A DNA stretch of 63,884 nt, filler included, from an uncultured bacterium (lineage in GTDB: Bacteria > Latescibacterota > UBA2968): the NCBI GenBank assembly GCA_964471275.1. It is 4 parts of 4 records of this genome, joined end to end, with 100 filler letters (N's around TTAATTAATTAA, not from the genome) between each part and the next. Parts side by side here need not be neighbours in the genome. Positions count along the whole stretch, not along the records: positions 1 to 17,254 come from CAYYGZ010000088.1; 3 more parts are not named here. The stretch is one strand, 5' to 3'. A model generated the notes under the pieces. The model was not told where the DNA came from. It did no database searches and saw only the letters and a list, made by a program, of their open reading frames with translations. Shown here one piece after another: positions 1 through 8,711 of the stretch (position 1 is its first letter; the number at the start of each line of letters is the position of its first letter). Position numbers and translations under genes: made by a program.

Positions 1-284
1 TTCACCACCTGCGAGCGAAACTGATTCGCCTTCAGTTCCAACTCGTCGTGCTTGGTCACCAGTTCCTCGATCTCGGTCTGGTGCTTTTCCATTTCCTTCT
101 CGGTATTTTCCAGCGTCACCCGGGCTTTATCCATCTCATCCTTGTGGTGCTGCTTGATCCGTAGGACTTCGTTCATCTGTGGTCGGATCGCGGATACGCG
201 CTTGTTGTAGTCAACGAGCGTCTGAAGGACGAACAGGATACAGCCAAACGTCAGAACGGCGAAGATGATCTCCAGATCGATCAT
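1..284 (-). CDS. Partial membrane-anchored coiled-coil hypothetical protein (runs off window start)
   Basis: ATG overlaps the moaC stop (ATGA); translates MIDLEIIFAVLTFGCILFVLQ (TM) then an E/K-rich helical tract with no stop to position 1; absent from the ORF track. Confidence 0.75.
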   Translation of the reverse strand, partial: MIDLEIIFAVLTFGCILFVLQTLVDYNKRVSAIRPQMNEVLRIKQHHKDEMDKARVTLENTEKEMEKHQTEIEELVTKHDELELKANQFRSQVV

Positions 285-766
285 GTGTTTTCCCCCGGTC
301 GAATATAGGTCCCGGACCGACCCCCCGTCTTCTTCACCAAGCGGATATTGCCGATCACCATAGACTTATCCACAGCCTTACACATATCGTAAATCGTCAG
401 GAGACTGGTTGAAACAGCCGCCAGTGCCTCCATCTCCACCCCCGTTCGTTCATCGACCTTTACTTCGCAATGGGCGATGATCCTGTCAGTTTCTGCCTCG
501 AAAACAATGTCGACACCGGTGACCGCGATAGGATGGCAGAGAGGGATCAACTCAGAGGTTCGTTTGGCCGCCATGATGCCAGCGATCCGCGCAGTTTCGA
601 GAACGTTCCCTTTTGGAAGATCGTCGGTCGCAATCTTTTTAACAGTCGCCGGGTCCATCTGGATCGATCCTGCCGCAACCGCGGCACGCGCGGTAACCGC
701 CTTATCGCTCACGTCAACCATGCGGACGCCGCCGTCTTCAGCCAGATGTGTCAGCTCTGAACTCAT
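281..766 (-). CDS. moaC: Cyclic pyranopterin monophosphate synthase MoaC
   Basis: MVDVSDK, LIPLCHP and TGVEMEAL motifs. Confidence 0.97.
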   Translation of the reverse strand: MSSELTHLAEDGGVRMVDVSDKAVTARAAVAAGSIQMDPATVKKIATDDLPKGNVLETARIAGIMAAKRTSELIPLCHPIAVTGVDIVFEAETDRIIAHCEVKVDERTGVEMEALAAVSTSLLTIYDMCKAVDKSMVIGNIRLVKKTGGRSGTYIRPGENT

Positions 767-773
767 AAACCGA

Positions 774-1988
774 TTACCATCCAGAAAGCAGTATGATTTC
801 GACCCGTGTGCCGGCGTCGACCGTCGTCAGGTCAGCGTCCACGACGAACAGGCTGTTCGCCTCGGATATGGAGAACAGATCTGCGGACCCGTGATGCCCT
901 ACCCACCTTGTAGACCACTGTCCATTGACATATGTCGAGAAGGCAGGGACGTACTGCTCCCTGCCAGGTGTCTGGGTGAAGGATGATGTCAGAATCGCCT
1001 GAGCTCTGGGCAAATGCGGATCGGACACGGCTTGCATCTGCCTGAGGGCGGGCCTCACCAGAAGCTCAAACCCGACAAGAGTCGAAACAGGATTACCAGG
1101 CAAACCAAACACCAGTTTGCAGCCACACGTTCCGAACGTCAACGGTTTGCCCGGTTTCATCCGGATACGATCGAATTTCACGGTAATGTCCAGATCCCGC
1201 ATCACATCCTGTACCAGATCATAAACACCCGCGGACACGCCACCGGAGAGCAGAAGAACGTCACACGTATCCAGACCCTCCTGCATCACGCGACGCAAGT
1301 CCTCAACGCTGTCACCGGCAATCCCCAGGTATCGTGGTATGGCTTCCGCCCGGGCCACTTGCGTTGCCATCGAATAGCCGTTGCTGTTTCGAATCTGCCC
1401 CATCGCTGGCTGATCGCCAGGTTCGACGATCTCATTTCCCGTGGCCACTACGCCCACAACAGGTCTCCGGTAGACTGGCACGCTCGTCACACCAACGGCA
1501 GCCAGAGTGCCGACCTCGGGAGGTCGAATCCGCTTCGGAGTCTTGAGGACGGCGTCACCTTCCCGGACATCCTCGCCTAGGAGAACGCAATTCTTTCCCG
1601 CTTCCGTCGGCTCGAAGATCCGAACCTGGTCGCCCTCGGACTCGGTATCTTCAACCATCACTACCGTATCGGCACCATCAGGCATGGGCGCACCCGTCAT
1701 AATCCGGGTAGCCGACCCGGGGACAACGGACTCGGTGGGGATCATGCCCGCCTGTATCTCTTCGATCACGTTTAGGACCGAAGGATTCGAGCGACTCGCA
1801 CGATCGACATCCGATCCGATAACGGCGTAGCCGTCCATCGCGGACTTGTCGAAAGGCGGCATATTGATATCACTGACGATGTCCTCACACAGCGTGTGCC
1901 CGAGAGAATCGAGCAGCGGAACGGTCGTCTTGCTTAATCGATCGGTGCTGTCCATCACAATCTTGACAGCTTCATTCATCGGAATCAT
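774..1988 (-). CDS. moeA: Molybdopterin molybdotransferase MoeA (start approximate)
   Basis: PPFDKSAMDGYA, RIMTGAP, SGGVSAG, KPGKP, LPGNP motifs; adjacent to moaC. Confidence 0.95.
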   Translation of the reverse strand: MIPMNEAVKIVMDSTDRLSKTTVPLLDSLGHTLCEDIVSDINMPPFDKSAMDGYAVIGSDVDRASRSNPSVLNVIEEIQAGMIPTESVVPGSATRIMTGAPMPDGADTVVMVEDTESEGDQVRIFEPTEAGKNCVLLGEDVREGDAVLKTPKRIRPPEVGTLAAVGVTSVPVYRRPVVGVVATGNEIVEPGDQPAMGQIRNSNGYSMATQVARAEAIPRYLGIAGDSVEDLRRVMQEGLDTCDVLLLSGGVSAGVYDLVQDVMRDLDITVKFDRIRMKPGKPLTFGTCGCKLVFGLPGNPVSTLVGFELLVRPALRQMQAVSDPHLPRAQAILTSSFTQTPGREQYVPAFSTYVNGQWSTRWVGHHGSADLFSISEANSLFVVDADLTTVDAGTRVEIILLSGW

Positions 1989-2161
1989 CAGTTGGGTCCA
2001 TCTCCCTTCGCTTGGAAACATCGTAACACACTATTCGACAAGAATATAAGCATCGAATCTGGCTTTGTCATCAGAACTGGTCGAATCGCCGGCAGGCACC
2101 CACTTGACCAGCCTCGCTCACGCCGATACATTCGACCATTACTTCAGAAAGCAAGGATACG

Positions 2162-2884
2162 ATGAAACCAGAGAGAGTCGCGCTGATCACGGGTGCGGGA
2201 ACAGGGATTGGACGCGGGATCGCGGGCGCCTTCTCGGGTCAGGGCTTCCGTACCGCGCTGGTCGGCCGTACAAGGAAGACGCTGGAAGAGACCGCGAAAC
2301 TCTGTGAAGGGCCGACGGCTATCTTCGACGCGAGTGTAAATGATCGTGAACGCCTGGCAGAGGTCATCTCGAGAACGCACGAACAGCTCGGACCGATCGA
2401 CATACTGGTTAACAACGCAGGCATGAACACACGGCAGCGGAATCTGATCGACATGCCGTCTGACCAATGGGATCAGGTCATCGACGTAAACCTGACCGGT
2501 GCATACAATTGCTTCAAGGCGATCCTGCCGGGATTTCTAGAGGCAAATGACGGCCTCGTCATCAACATATCGTCCATGGCCGGCAAGAGTGCGGGGACGG
2601 TAGGTGGGGTTGCCTACAGCGCTTCCAAGTTCGGACTGGGGTCTTTGACCCAGTCCATAAACGCAGAATTCCGCGAAGAAGGCATCCGGGCCACCTGTAT
2701 ATACCCCGGCGAGGTGGACACGCCGATTCTCGACCAGCGTCCCGTGCCCGTCTCGGACGACAAGCGTGCTGCTGCCCTTCAGCCGGAAGACATTGCAGCA
2801 GCCGCAACGATGGTCGCGAACCTGCCGAATCGGGCAGTCGTGGAGGAAATCACGATATTCCCGCGCCACAGAGTCTCGCAGTAG
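2162..2884 (+). CDS. Short-chain dehydrogenase/reductase
   Basis: TGAGTGIG, NNAG, YSASK motifs. Confidence 0.95.
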   Translation: MKPERVALITGAGTGIGRGIAGAFSGQGFRTALVGRTRKTLEETAKLCEGPTAIFDASVNDRERLAEVISRTHEQLGPIDILVNNAGMNTRQRNLIDMPSDQWDQVIDVNLTGAYNCFKAILPGFLEANDGLVINISSMAGKSAGTVGGVAYSASKFGLGSLTQSINAEFREEGIRATCIYPGEVDTPILDQRPVPVSDDKRAAALQPEDIAAAATMVANLPNRAVVEEITIFPRHRVSQ

Positions 2885-3004
2885 GTCCTACAGACCCTTT
2901 CGTCTTGCCGATTGGGCCTCCTTTACCTATTTTCATATAAATGTCAGATTATTAGCTATTTATGGTCATTCCGATCCCTGAAACTGGACGCAAGGAAGTC
3001 ATTT

Positions 3005-4546
3005 TTGAAAACAGAAATCGTAATAAACGTCGCCTCCCAGGAATCGAGGATTGCCATCCTCGAAGAGGGTCGACTCGCAGAAATCCTCGTCGAGCGCTCT
3101 GAAAGCGAGCGGATGGTCGGCGACATCTACAAAGGGATTGTTACCGCTGTTCTACCGGGCATGCAGGCAGCCTTCGTCGACATTGGTCTCGAAAAGAGCG
3201 CATTCCTTCACGTATCGGATCTGCCCGGTTCACCTGGTTCAATGGTCGAGCTGAATGAGGAGACACTCGAAGAAATCGAGTATCAGACAAACAGACGTGG
3301 CCAGCCGGTATTCCAAATCGACGAGATTCTCAAGAAAGGCCAGGATATCGTCGTTCAGATCAAGAAGGAGCCAATCAGCACAAAGGGACCGCGGGTTACG
3401 GCCGTACCTTCACTGGCAGGCCGATTTATGGTTCTTGTGCCGGCGGGCGACAAAGTCGGTGTATCCAGAAAAATCACCAACTGGGGCGAGAAACGTCGCC
3501 TGAAGGACCTGGCCAGGAGCCTGAAACCGAGCGGATTCGGCGTCATCGTCAGAACAGAGGCGGATGGGAAAGGGGATCGGGAATTCAGACGAGATCTGAA
3601 GGATCTAATCAACACCTGGAAGCGTATCGAGCGTGGTGCGGCGAAGCACGAGGGACCCGGCCTGCTTCACAAGGAAATGGCCATGACCTCCAGCTTGATT
3701 CGTGACCTGTTTACAGACGACGTCACACGGCTGGTCACCGACTCCAAGCAGGAATACAAGAAGATCATCAGCTACCTCAAGAGCGTGTCACCACATCTTC
3801 GGGACAAGGTTGAATACCACAGCGATCGCACGCCGATATTCGATGCCTTCGGGATCGAGGAAGAGATCCAGAAGGCTGCCGACCGGCGAGCCTGGATGCG
3901 AGGAGGCGGATACCTGGTCCTCGACCAGACCGAAGCGCTTGTGGCGATCGACGTGAACAGCGGCAGGTATGTGGGACGAAAGAACCAGGAAGAAACGGTC
4001 CTCAAGATCAATCTTGAGGCGGCGCGAGAGGTTGCCCGACAGGTCAGACTCCGTGATATGGGTGGGATCATCGTCATCGACTTCATCGACATGATGTTCC
4101 CGCAGAACAGACGCAAGGTCGAGGAAGAATTCCGGCAAGCACTCCGCCGAGACCGATCCAGACCCAGAACCTCTGAAATCAGCGAATTCGGGTTGATGGA
4201 GATGACTCGCCAACGGGTGCGTCCGAGTCTCCTGTTCACCTTCAGCGAATCGTGCACCACCTGCGGCGGAACGGGCCGGATTATGAGCAAAGAGACCACG
4301 CTCTCATCGATCGAACGGTGGTTGAAGCGCAGTCGTGCTGCCGCTGTCGAGCGCCGCCTGACGGTGCTGGTACATCCAGAAATGGGCACATATCTGCTCG
4401 AGAATCGCAAGGAACGCCTCAAGAGTATGCGCAAGTCGACTCGTGTGTGGCTCAACGTTGAAACCGACGACTCGCTCGAGCCGAACAACTATCGGATCTT
4501 CTCCCGAAAAAGAAAGACGGACATCACAAACGAGTTCAAGACTTGA
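3005..4546 (+). CDS. rng: Ribonuclease E/G family (RNase G-length)
   Basis: S1 domain GDIYKG..LPGMQAAFVDIG, AIDVNSG, GGIIVIDFIDM, CTTCGGTG Zn-link; likely TTG start at 3005 after AAGGAAG. Confidence 0.92.
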   Translation: MKTEIVINVASQESRIAILEEGRLAEILVERSESERMVGDIYKGIVTAVLPGMQAAFVDIGLEKSAFLHVSDLPGSPGSMVELNEETLEEIEYQTNRRGQPVFQIDEILKKGQDIVVQIKKEPISTKGPRVTAVPSLAGRFMVLVPAGDKVGVSRKITNWGEKRRLKDLARSLKPSGFGVIVRTEADGKGDREFRRDLKDLINTWKRIERGAAKHEGPGLLHKEMAMTSSLIRDLFTDDVTRLVTDSKQEYKKIISYLKSVSPHLRDKVEYHSDRTPIFDAFGIEEEIQKAADRRAWMRGGGYLVLDQTEALVAIDVNSGRYVGRKNQEETVLKINLEAAREVARQVRLRDMGGIIVIDFIDMMFPQNRRKVEEEFRQALRRDRSRPRTSEISEFGLMEMTRQRVRPSLLFTFSESCTTCGGTGRIMSKETTLSSIERWLKRSRAAAVERRLTVLVHPEMGTYLLENRKERLKSMRKSTRVWLNVETDDSLEPNNYRIFSRKRKTDITNEFKT

Positions 4547-4587
4547 GCAGATCGGGCCCAGCGCCTGGTGCAAGTCGCATTTAGGAC

Positions 4588-4616
4588 TTGACACAACCTG
4601 GTGTAACGGATACTCT
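4588..4616 (+). promoter_or_regulatory. Putative sigma-70 promoter of rplU-rpmA
   Basis: TTGACA-N17-TACTCT. Confidence 0.5.
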
Positions 4617-4696
4617 TATTGTTCTCTATTCGCATTTGAATTTCGGTGATTCGGTAGCAGTAATCGTCGGCTCCAGCGGTTTTTTTGGAGGTCATA

Positions 4697-5008
4697 ATGT
4701 TTGCAGTTGTAGATCTTGGCGGCAGCCAGATCAAAGTGGAAGAGGGCGATCGCGTCCGGGTCAACACGATCTCGGGCGAGCCCGGTGACAAGGTGACTTT
4801 GGAAAATGTCCTGCTTGTCGGTCAGGATGGCGACACAAAGGTGGGAACACCCCGTGTTGAGGGTGCCTCAGTTGAGGCCAGCATTCTGGACCACGGGAAG
4901 GCAAAGAAGGTGCGAGTCTTCAAGATGAAGCGACGCAAGGGCTTCCGGCGTCACAACGGTCACCGCCAGCCATTTACAGAATTGCAAATCGACAAGATCT
5001 CTGCCTAA
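4697..5008 (+). CDS. rplU: 50S ribosomal protein L21
   Basis: [32 protein letters not shown]. Confidence 0.97.
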   Translation: MFAVVDLGGSQIKVEEGDRVRVNTISGEPGDKVTLENVLLVGQDGDTKVGTPRVEGASVEASILDHGKAKKVRVFKMKRRKGFRRHNGHRQPFTELQIDKISA

Positions 5009-5025
5009 CAAGACGCGAGGATACG

Positions 5026-5286
5026 GTGGCACATAAAAAAGGTGTCGGTAGTTCGAGGAACGGTCGTGACAGTCAGGGACAGCGACTGGGCGTCAAGGCA
5101 TACGGGGGTGAATTCGTGACGGCAGGCAGCATCATCACGCGCCAGCGCGGAACGAGGATTCATCCGGGCAACAATGTCCGCCGTGCAAAGGACGACACGC
5201 TCTTCTCAGTCGTCGACGGCATCGTGACCTTCGAGCGATATGGCAAAACAAAGAAGAAAGTCTCGGTCTACGCCGATAGTGAGTAA
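5026..5286 (+). CDS. rpmA: 50S ribosomal protein L27
   Basis: [15 protein letters not shown]. Confidence 0.98.
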   Translation: MAHKKGVGSSRNGRDSQGQRLGVKAYGGEFVTAGSIITRQRGTRIHPGNNVRRAKDDTLFSVVDGIVTFERYGKTKKKVSVYADSE

Positions 5287-5328
5287 CGATTCACGGTATA
5301 AGCGATCATCTGGTCGCGAGCAGTATCA

Positions 5329-5362
5329 GCGCCTTCGGAGTAAGTCCGGAGGCGCTTCTTTT
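5329..5362 (+). terminator. Intrinsic terminator after rpmA
   Basis: GCGCCTTCGGA-gtaag-TCCGGAGGCGC followed by TTCTTTT. Confidence 0.8.
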
Positions 5363-5510
5363 GTATATCACGTGAACGATCATCTACGCCACACCATCGT
5401 GGCATATCGCGTCACCTGTCCGCATCTTGACTGAACCCCACGTTGACATCTGACGTGGTATACTTTATCAAGCCGGACCCTGGAACACGTCATACCAGAC
5501 GGAGGATCAC

Positions 5511-5939
5511 CTGTCCAGACGACGGCTCATCCACGCCCTGCTATCTCTCACAGGTCTGACAACACTGGCCGGCTTCCTTGCACCTGTGCTCGCCTATCTG
5601 TCTCCGCTGAGCAGGGATCAGCTGGGTACACGGGAGTTTCAGACCATCGATGGCGACTCAATCGGTCCGAATGAGCTGACCGAAGGGACGGGTACCGTGG
5701 GAAGCCTGGAAGGTCGCCCTGTGCTTATCGTTCGCAAGAATGGCCAGCTTCTCGCGTATGATGCGGTCTGTCCGCACCTAGGCTGCATTGTCCGCTGGGA
5801 CGACAGCCGCAATGCGATCGAGTGTCCGTGTCACGGCGGCATCTTCGACCTCGAAGGCACAGTCACGGCCGGCCCCCCACCATCCGCACTTCAGCGTATC
5901 TCTCTCAAGATCGAGGGGGACAGGATCTTCCGCACATGA
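5511..5939 (+). CDS. Rieske 2Fe-2S subunit of a Rieske/cytochrome b complex with Tat anchor (probable CTG start)
   Basis: CPHLGC and CPCHGG boxes; in-frame extension LSRRRLIHALLSLTGLTTLAGFLAPV (twin-Arg + TM) starts at CTG 5511 after GGAGGA. Confidence 0.9.
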   Translation: MSRRRLIHALLSLTGLTTLAGFLAPVLAYLSPLSRDQLGTREFQTIDGDSIGPNELTEGTGTVGSLEGRPVLIVRKNGQLLAYDAVCPHLGCIVRWDDSRNAIECPCHGGIFDLEGTVTAGPPPSALQRISLKIEGDRIFRT

Positions 5940-7096
5940 GCCGGTTCGATCACGTTGTCGACTGGGTCCAGGAACGGATCGACATCAGGGGCGCCCTGTC
6001 CTTCCTGTCCGACAACTTCCGAAAGCCCGTTCCCAGACACGCTAACTTCCTTTACACATTCGGTTCTATCGCGCTCTTCATCTTTGCACTGCAGGCCATC
6101 ACCGGCATTCTGATGCTCGTCTACTACAAGCCGACGATTTCAGAGGCCTACGACAGCGTCCACTACATCCACGAGACGGTGCCGTTCGGCTGGTTGATCC
6201 GACAGATCCATGTTTGGGGAGCCAACCTGATGGTCTTTGTCGTCATCGTCCATATGGTGAAGACCTATTTCTACGGTGCCTACAAGAAGCCGCGTGAAAT
6301 CACCTGGGTGTTCGGTATACTCCTCTTGGGACTCGTCCTTGGGTTCGGCTTCACCGGTTACCTCCTGCCGTGGGATCAGTTGGCCTTCTGGGCGACGACA
6401 GTCGGTACAGAGGCACCAGGATCTATACCTGTCCTGGGGCCCCTTGTCCGTGAACTCTTGCGTGGCCAGACGGAGGTCGGGCAGGCAACGCTCGGTCGCT
6501 TCTTCGTCGCGCACGTCATCCTGCTCCCCCTGCTCTTCGGGGGCACAGTCGCAGTCCATCTTCTCCTTATCCGTTACCTCGGAACCTCACCGCTCTCACG
6601 AACCGATGAACCCGAACCCACGGGGGAGGAGATCGGTCGCACAGGCGGGAGACCGTTCTGGCCCAATCACGTCATCAAAGAGGGCGTCGCCTGTTACGTA
6701 ATCCTCGGAATCATCCTGACACTCGCTGTCTTCGCGCCGTTGGTGCCCGGATCACCGGCCGACCCCTTCAGCACACCGGACGGCATAAAACCGGAATGGT
6801 ATTTCCTGCCAATGTTCCAGTTGCTGAAGTACTTCCCCGAACCAGTAGCCGTTGCGCTTCCTGGACTCGTCGGTCTGCTCATCTTGCTGCTTCCCTTCCT
6901 CGACCGGTCAACAGAGCGCAGACCATCTCGAAGACCGGTCGCGACGGGATTGGGAATCGGCTTCCTCGTCATCGCGCTGAGTCTGGGCGTGCTCGGTGCA
7001 CTGTCCGAAACCGAACGGGCATTCTTCGGCAAGATCTACCGCTTTGATACCAGGGGTATCCCCAGCGAGATCGAATCCGATGAGGGTCAGGAATGA
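5936..7096 (+). CDS. Cytochrome b (N- and C-terminal parts in one chain) of Rieske/b complex
   Basis: GWLIRQIHVWGANLM, FTGYLLPWDQ, PEWY motif; ATGA overlap with Rieske gene. Confidence 0.95.
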   Translation: MSRFDHVVDWVQERIDIRGALSFLSDNFRKPVPRHANFLYTFGSIALFIFALQAITGILMLVYYKPTISEAYDSVHYIHETVPFGWLIRQIHVWGANLMVFVVIVHMVKTYFYGAYKKPREITWVFGILLLGLVLGFGFTGYLLPWDQLAFWATTVGTEAPGSIPVLGPLVRELLRGQTEVGQATLGRFFVAHVILLPLLFGGTVAVHLLLIRYLGTSPLSRTDEPEPTGEEIGRTGGRPFWPNHVIKEGVACYVILGIILTLAVFAPLVPGSPADPFSTPDGIKPEWYFLPMFQLLKYFPEPVAVALPGLVGLLILLLPFLDRSTERRPSRRPVATGLGIGFLVIALSLGVLGALSETERAFFGKIYRFDTRGIPSEIESDEGQE

Positions 7097-7977
7097 GGAT
7101 CCGACTTGCCGGTCTTCTCTTCTTCGGGCTCTGCTTCTGTCTGCCTGTGGTGAGCCTGGAACCGCTGCCACCGGAGACCGACGCGCGGTTTCAGGCAGGA
7201 GCACACGTTGTCATTGGGTGTGAGGGCTGTCACTGGGATGACCCGGATCGGATACCGCGAAGCAAGCTGACAACAGTATGCGGCGACTGTCATCCGGGGC
7301 CCTACCAGGACTACGAAACGAGCGTCCACTGGGACGATGGGAAAGCCCACTCCGTTTGCACAGACTGCCACGGTCTGCACGGTATCCTGCCAGTCAGGAA
7401 CACACAGAGCAAAGCACATCGCTCACGCGTATGCGGTACGTGTCATCCAGGACCAATGGAAGAGCTGAACCGCGGGCCTCACGGAGAGGCCTTCGATCAA
7501 ACAGGCACCACGGTCTGTGCATCCTGTCACAACAACCACGCTATCCAGCGTCCGATTCTTGCCCGAATCGAAGCGGCATGCGAATCCTGTCATTCGCGTA
7601 ACTCGGAGGCCTTTCGCTTCGGCCAGCAGGTATCCGGTAAGTTCGAAGGGCTGGAAGATCAGCTGTCGAAAGTACACGCAAAAGTCCGGGTAGCGGAGGC
7701 AGAAGGCTATGCGACGGAGACGACCGACCGGATGGTCTCCGCTGCAGGCGGGCAGGTCAGACAGGCAAAGCTTGTATGGCATAGTTTGGACGGCGACCGG
7801 ATTGATAAACCTGCTGCCCAGGCATCCGTTCTGATTGACCGCGCGTTCAGGCATATACAGGAACAGGCGGAAACGCAGCGCAGAAGAGAAGCCGGAATTG
7901 TTGTTGTCTGGATCGTCATCCTGCTGGCGATCACCGCCCTCCACCTCAAGCGGAAATCTCTCGAGAATGAGAACTGA
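7093..7977 (+). CDS. Hexaheme cytochrome c with C-terminal helical stalk and TM anchor
   Basis: Signal peptide; six CxxCH (CEGCH, CGDCH, CTDCH, CGTCH, CASCH, CESCH); hydrophobic C-terminus; ATGA overlap with cyt b. Confidence 0.9.
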   Translation: MRIRLAGLLFFGLCFCLPVVSLEPLPPETDARFQAGAHVVIGCEGCHWDDPDRIPRSKLTTVCGDCHPGPYQDYETSVHWDDGKAHSVCTDCHGLHGILPVRNTQSKAHRSRVCGTCHPGPMEELNRGPHGEAFDQTGTTVCASCHNNHAIQRPILARIEAACESCHSRNSEAFRFGQQVSGKFEGLEDQLSKVHAKVRVAEAEGYATETTDRMVSAAGGQVRQAKLVWHSLDGDRIDKPAAQASVLIDRAFRHIQEQAETQRRREAGIVVVWIVILLAITALHLKRKSLENEN

Positions 7978-7980
7978 ATC

Positions 7981-8631
7981 ATGCCCAAACAACACATCCT
8001 GATTGTTGACGATGAGCCGAACCTTCTGGAGAGCTTCAAGATTGGGCTTGAGCTCAAGGACTATGTCGTTTCACTCGCCTCCAGCGGCAAGAAGGCCCTG
8101 GTGGCGATACGACAGAGCACTGTCGAAGCGGTACGAGCAGGAGCGTATGACTACCTGGAGAAACCGTCGGCACCTGAGGCTGTACACCTCCGGATTCAGA
8201 AGGCGGTCGAGCACCAGACCGTAAAGCAGAAACTCGAGGATATCGAAACCCTCGTCGGAGACAACTTCAAAAGCGCGGTCGGAAAGAGCTCGGCGATCTC
8301 GGAGGTCTTTGATCCCGTCCGTCGTGTAGCCCCGACGGACAGCACGATTCTGATCACCGGCGCACTCGCTCAGAAAACGGGATATTTTGAGGCGGCCGAC
8401 AGCGGAATGCTGTTTCTAGATGAAGGCGGCGGATAGTCGCACCTTTCTCTTCAGGAGGCACGTGAATCCTTTGAGCAGGTCTACATCAGGGAGGTTCTGA
8501 CCAAGATCAACGGAAATATCACGCACGCATCCAAGATGGCAGGAATCGCGTGGCAAAATTTTCACGAGAAACTCAAGAAATACACGATCGACGCCAAATC
8601 TTTCAACCCCAAGAAAGCGCAGTCTGGCTGA
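7981..8631 (+). pseudogene. Internally deleted NtrC/AtoC-type sigma-54 response regulator
   Basis: REC start (ILIVDDE) and end (GAYDYLEKP) without the acceptor-Asp region; AAA+ reduced to ILITG/GYFEAAD..FLDE; in-frame TAG 8434-8436 then Fis HTH (GNITHASKMAGI..HEKLKKY) ending TGA 8631. Confidence 0.85.
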
Positions 8632-8653
8632 GCCTAACTACGGTCTACAAAGC

Positions 8654-8689
8654 AACGGCCCTCCTGACCTCTTGGTCAGGAGGGCCGTT
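8654..8689. terminator. Perfect 16-bp hairpin between convergent genes
   Basis: AACGGCCCTCCTGACC-tctt-GGTCAGGAGGGCCGTT. Confidence 0.8.
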
Positions 8690-8711
8690 CTTCTTGTTAC
8701 TGCTCGATCGC

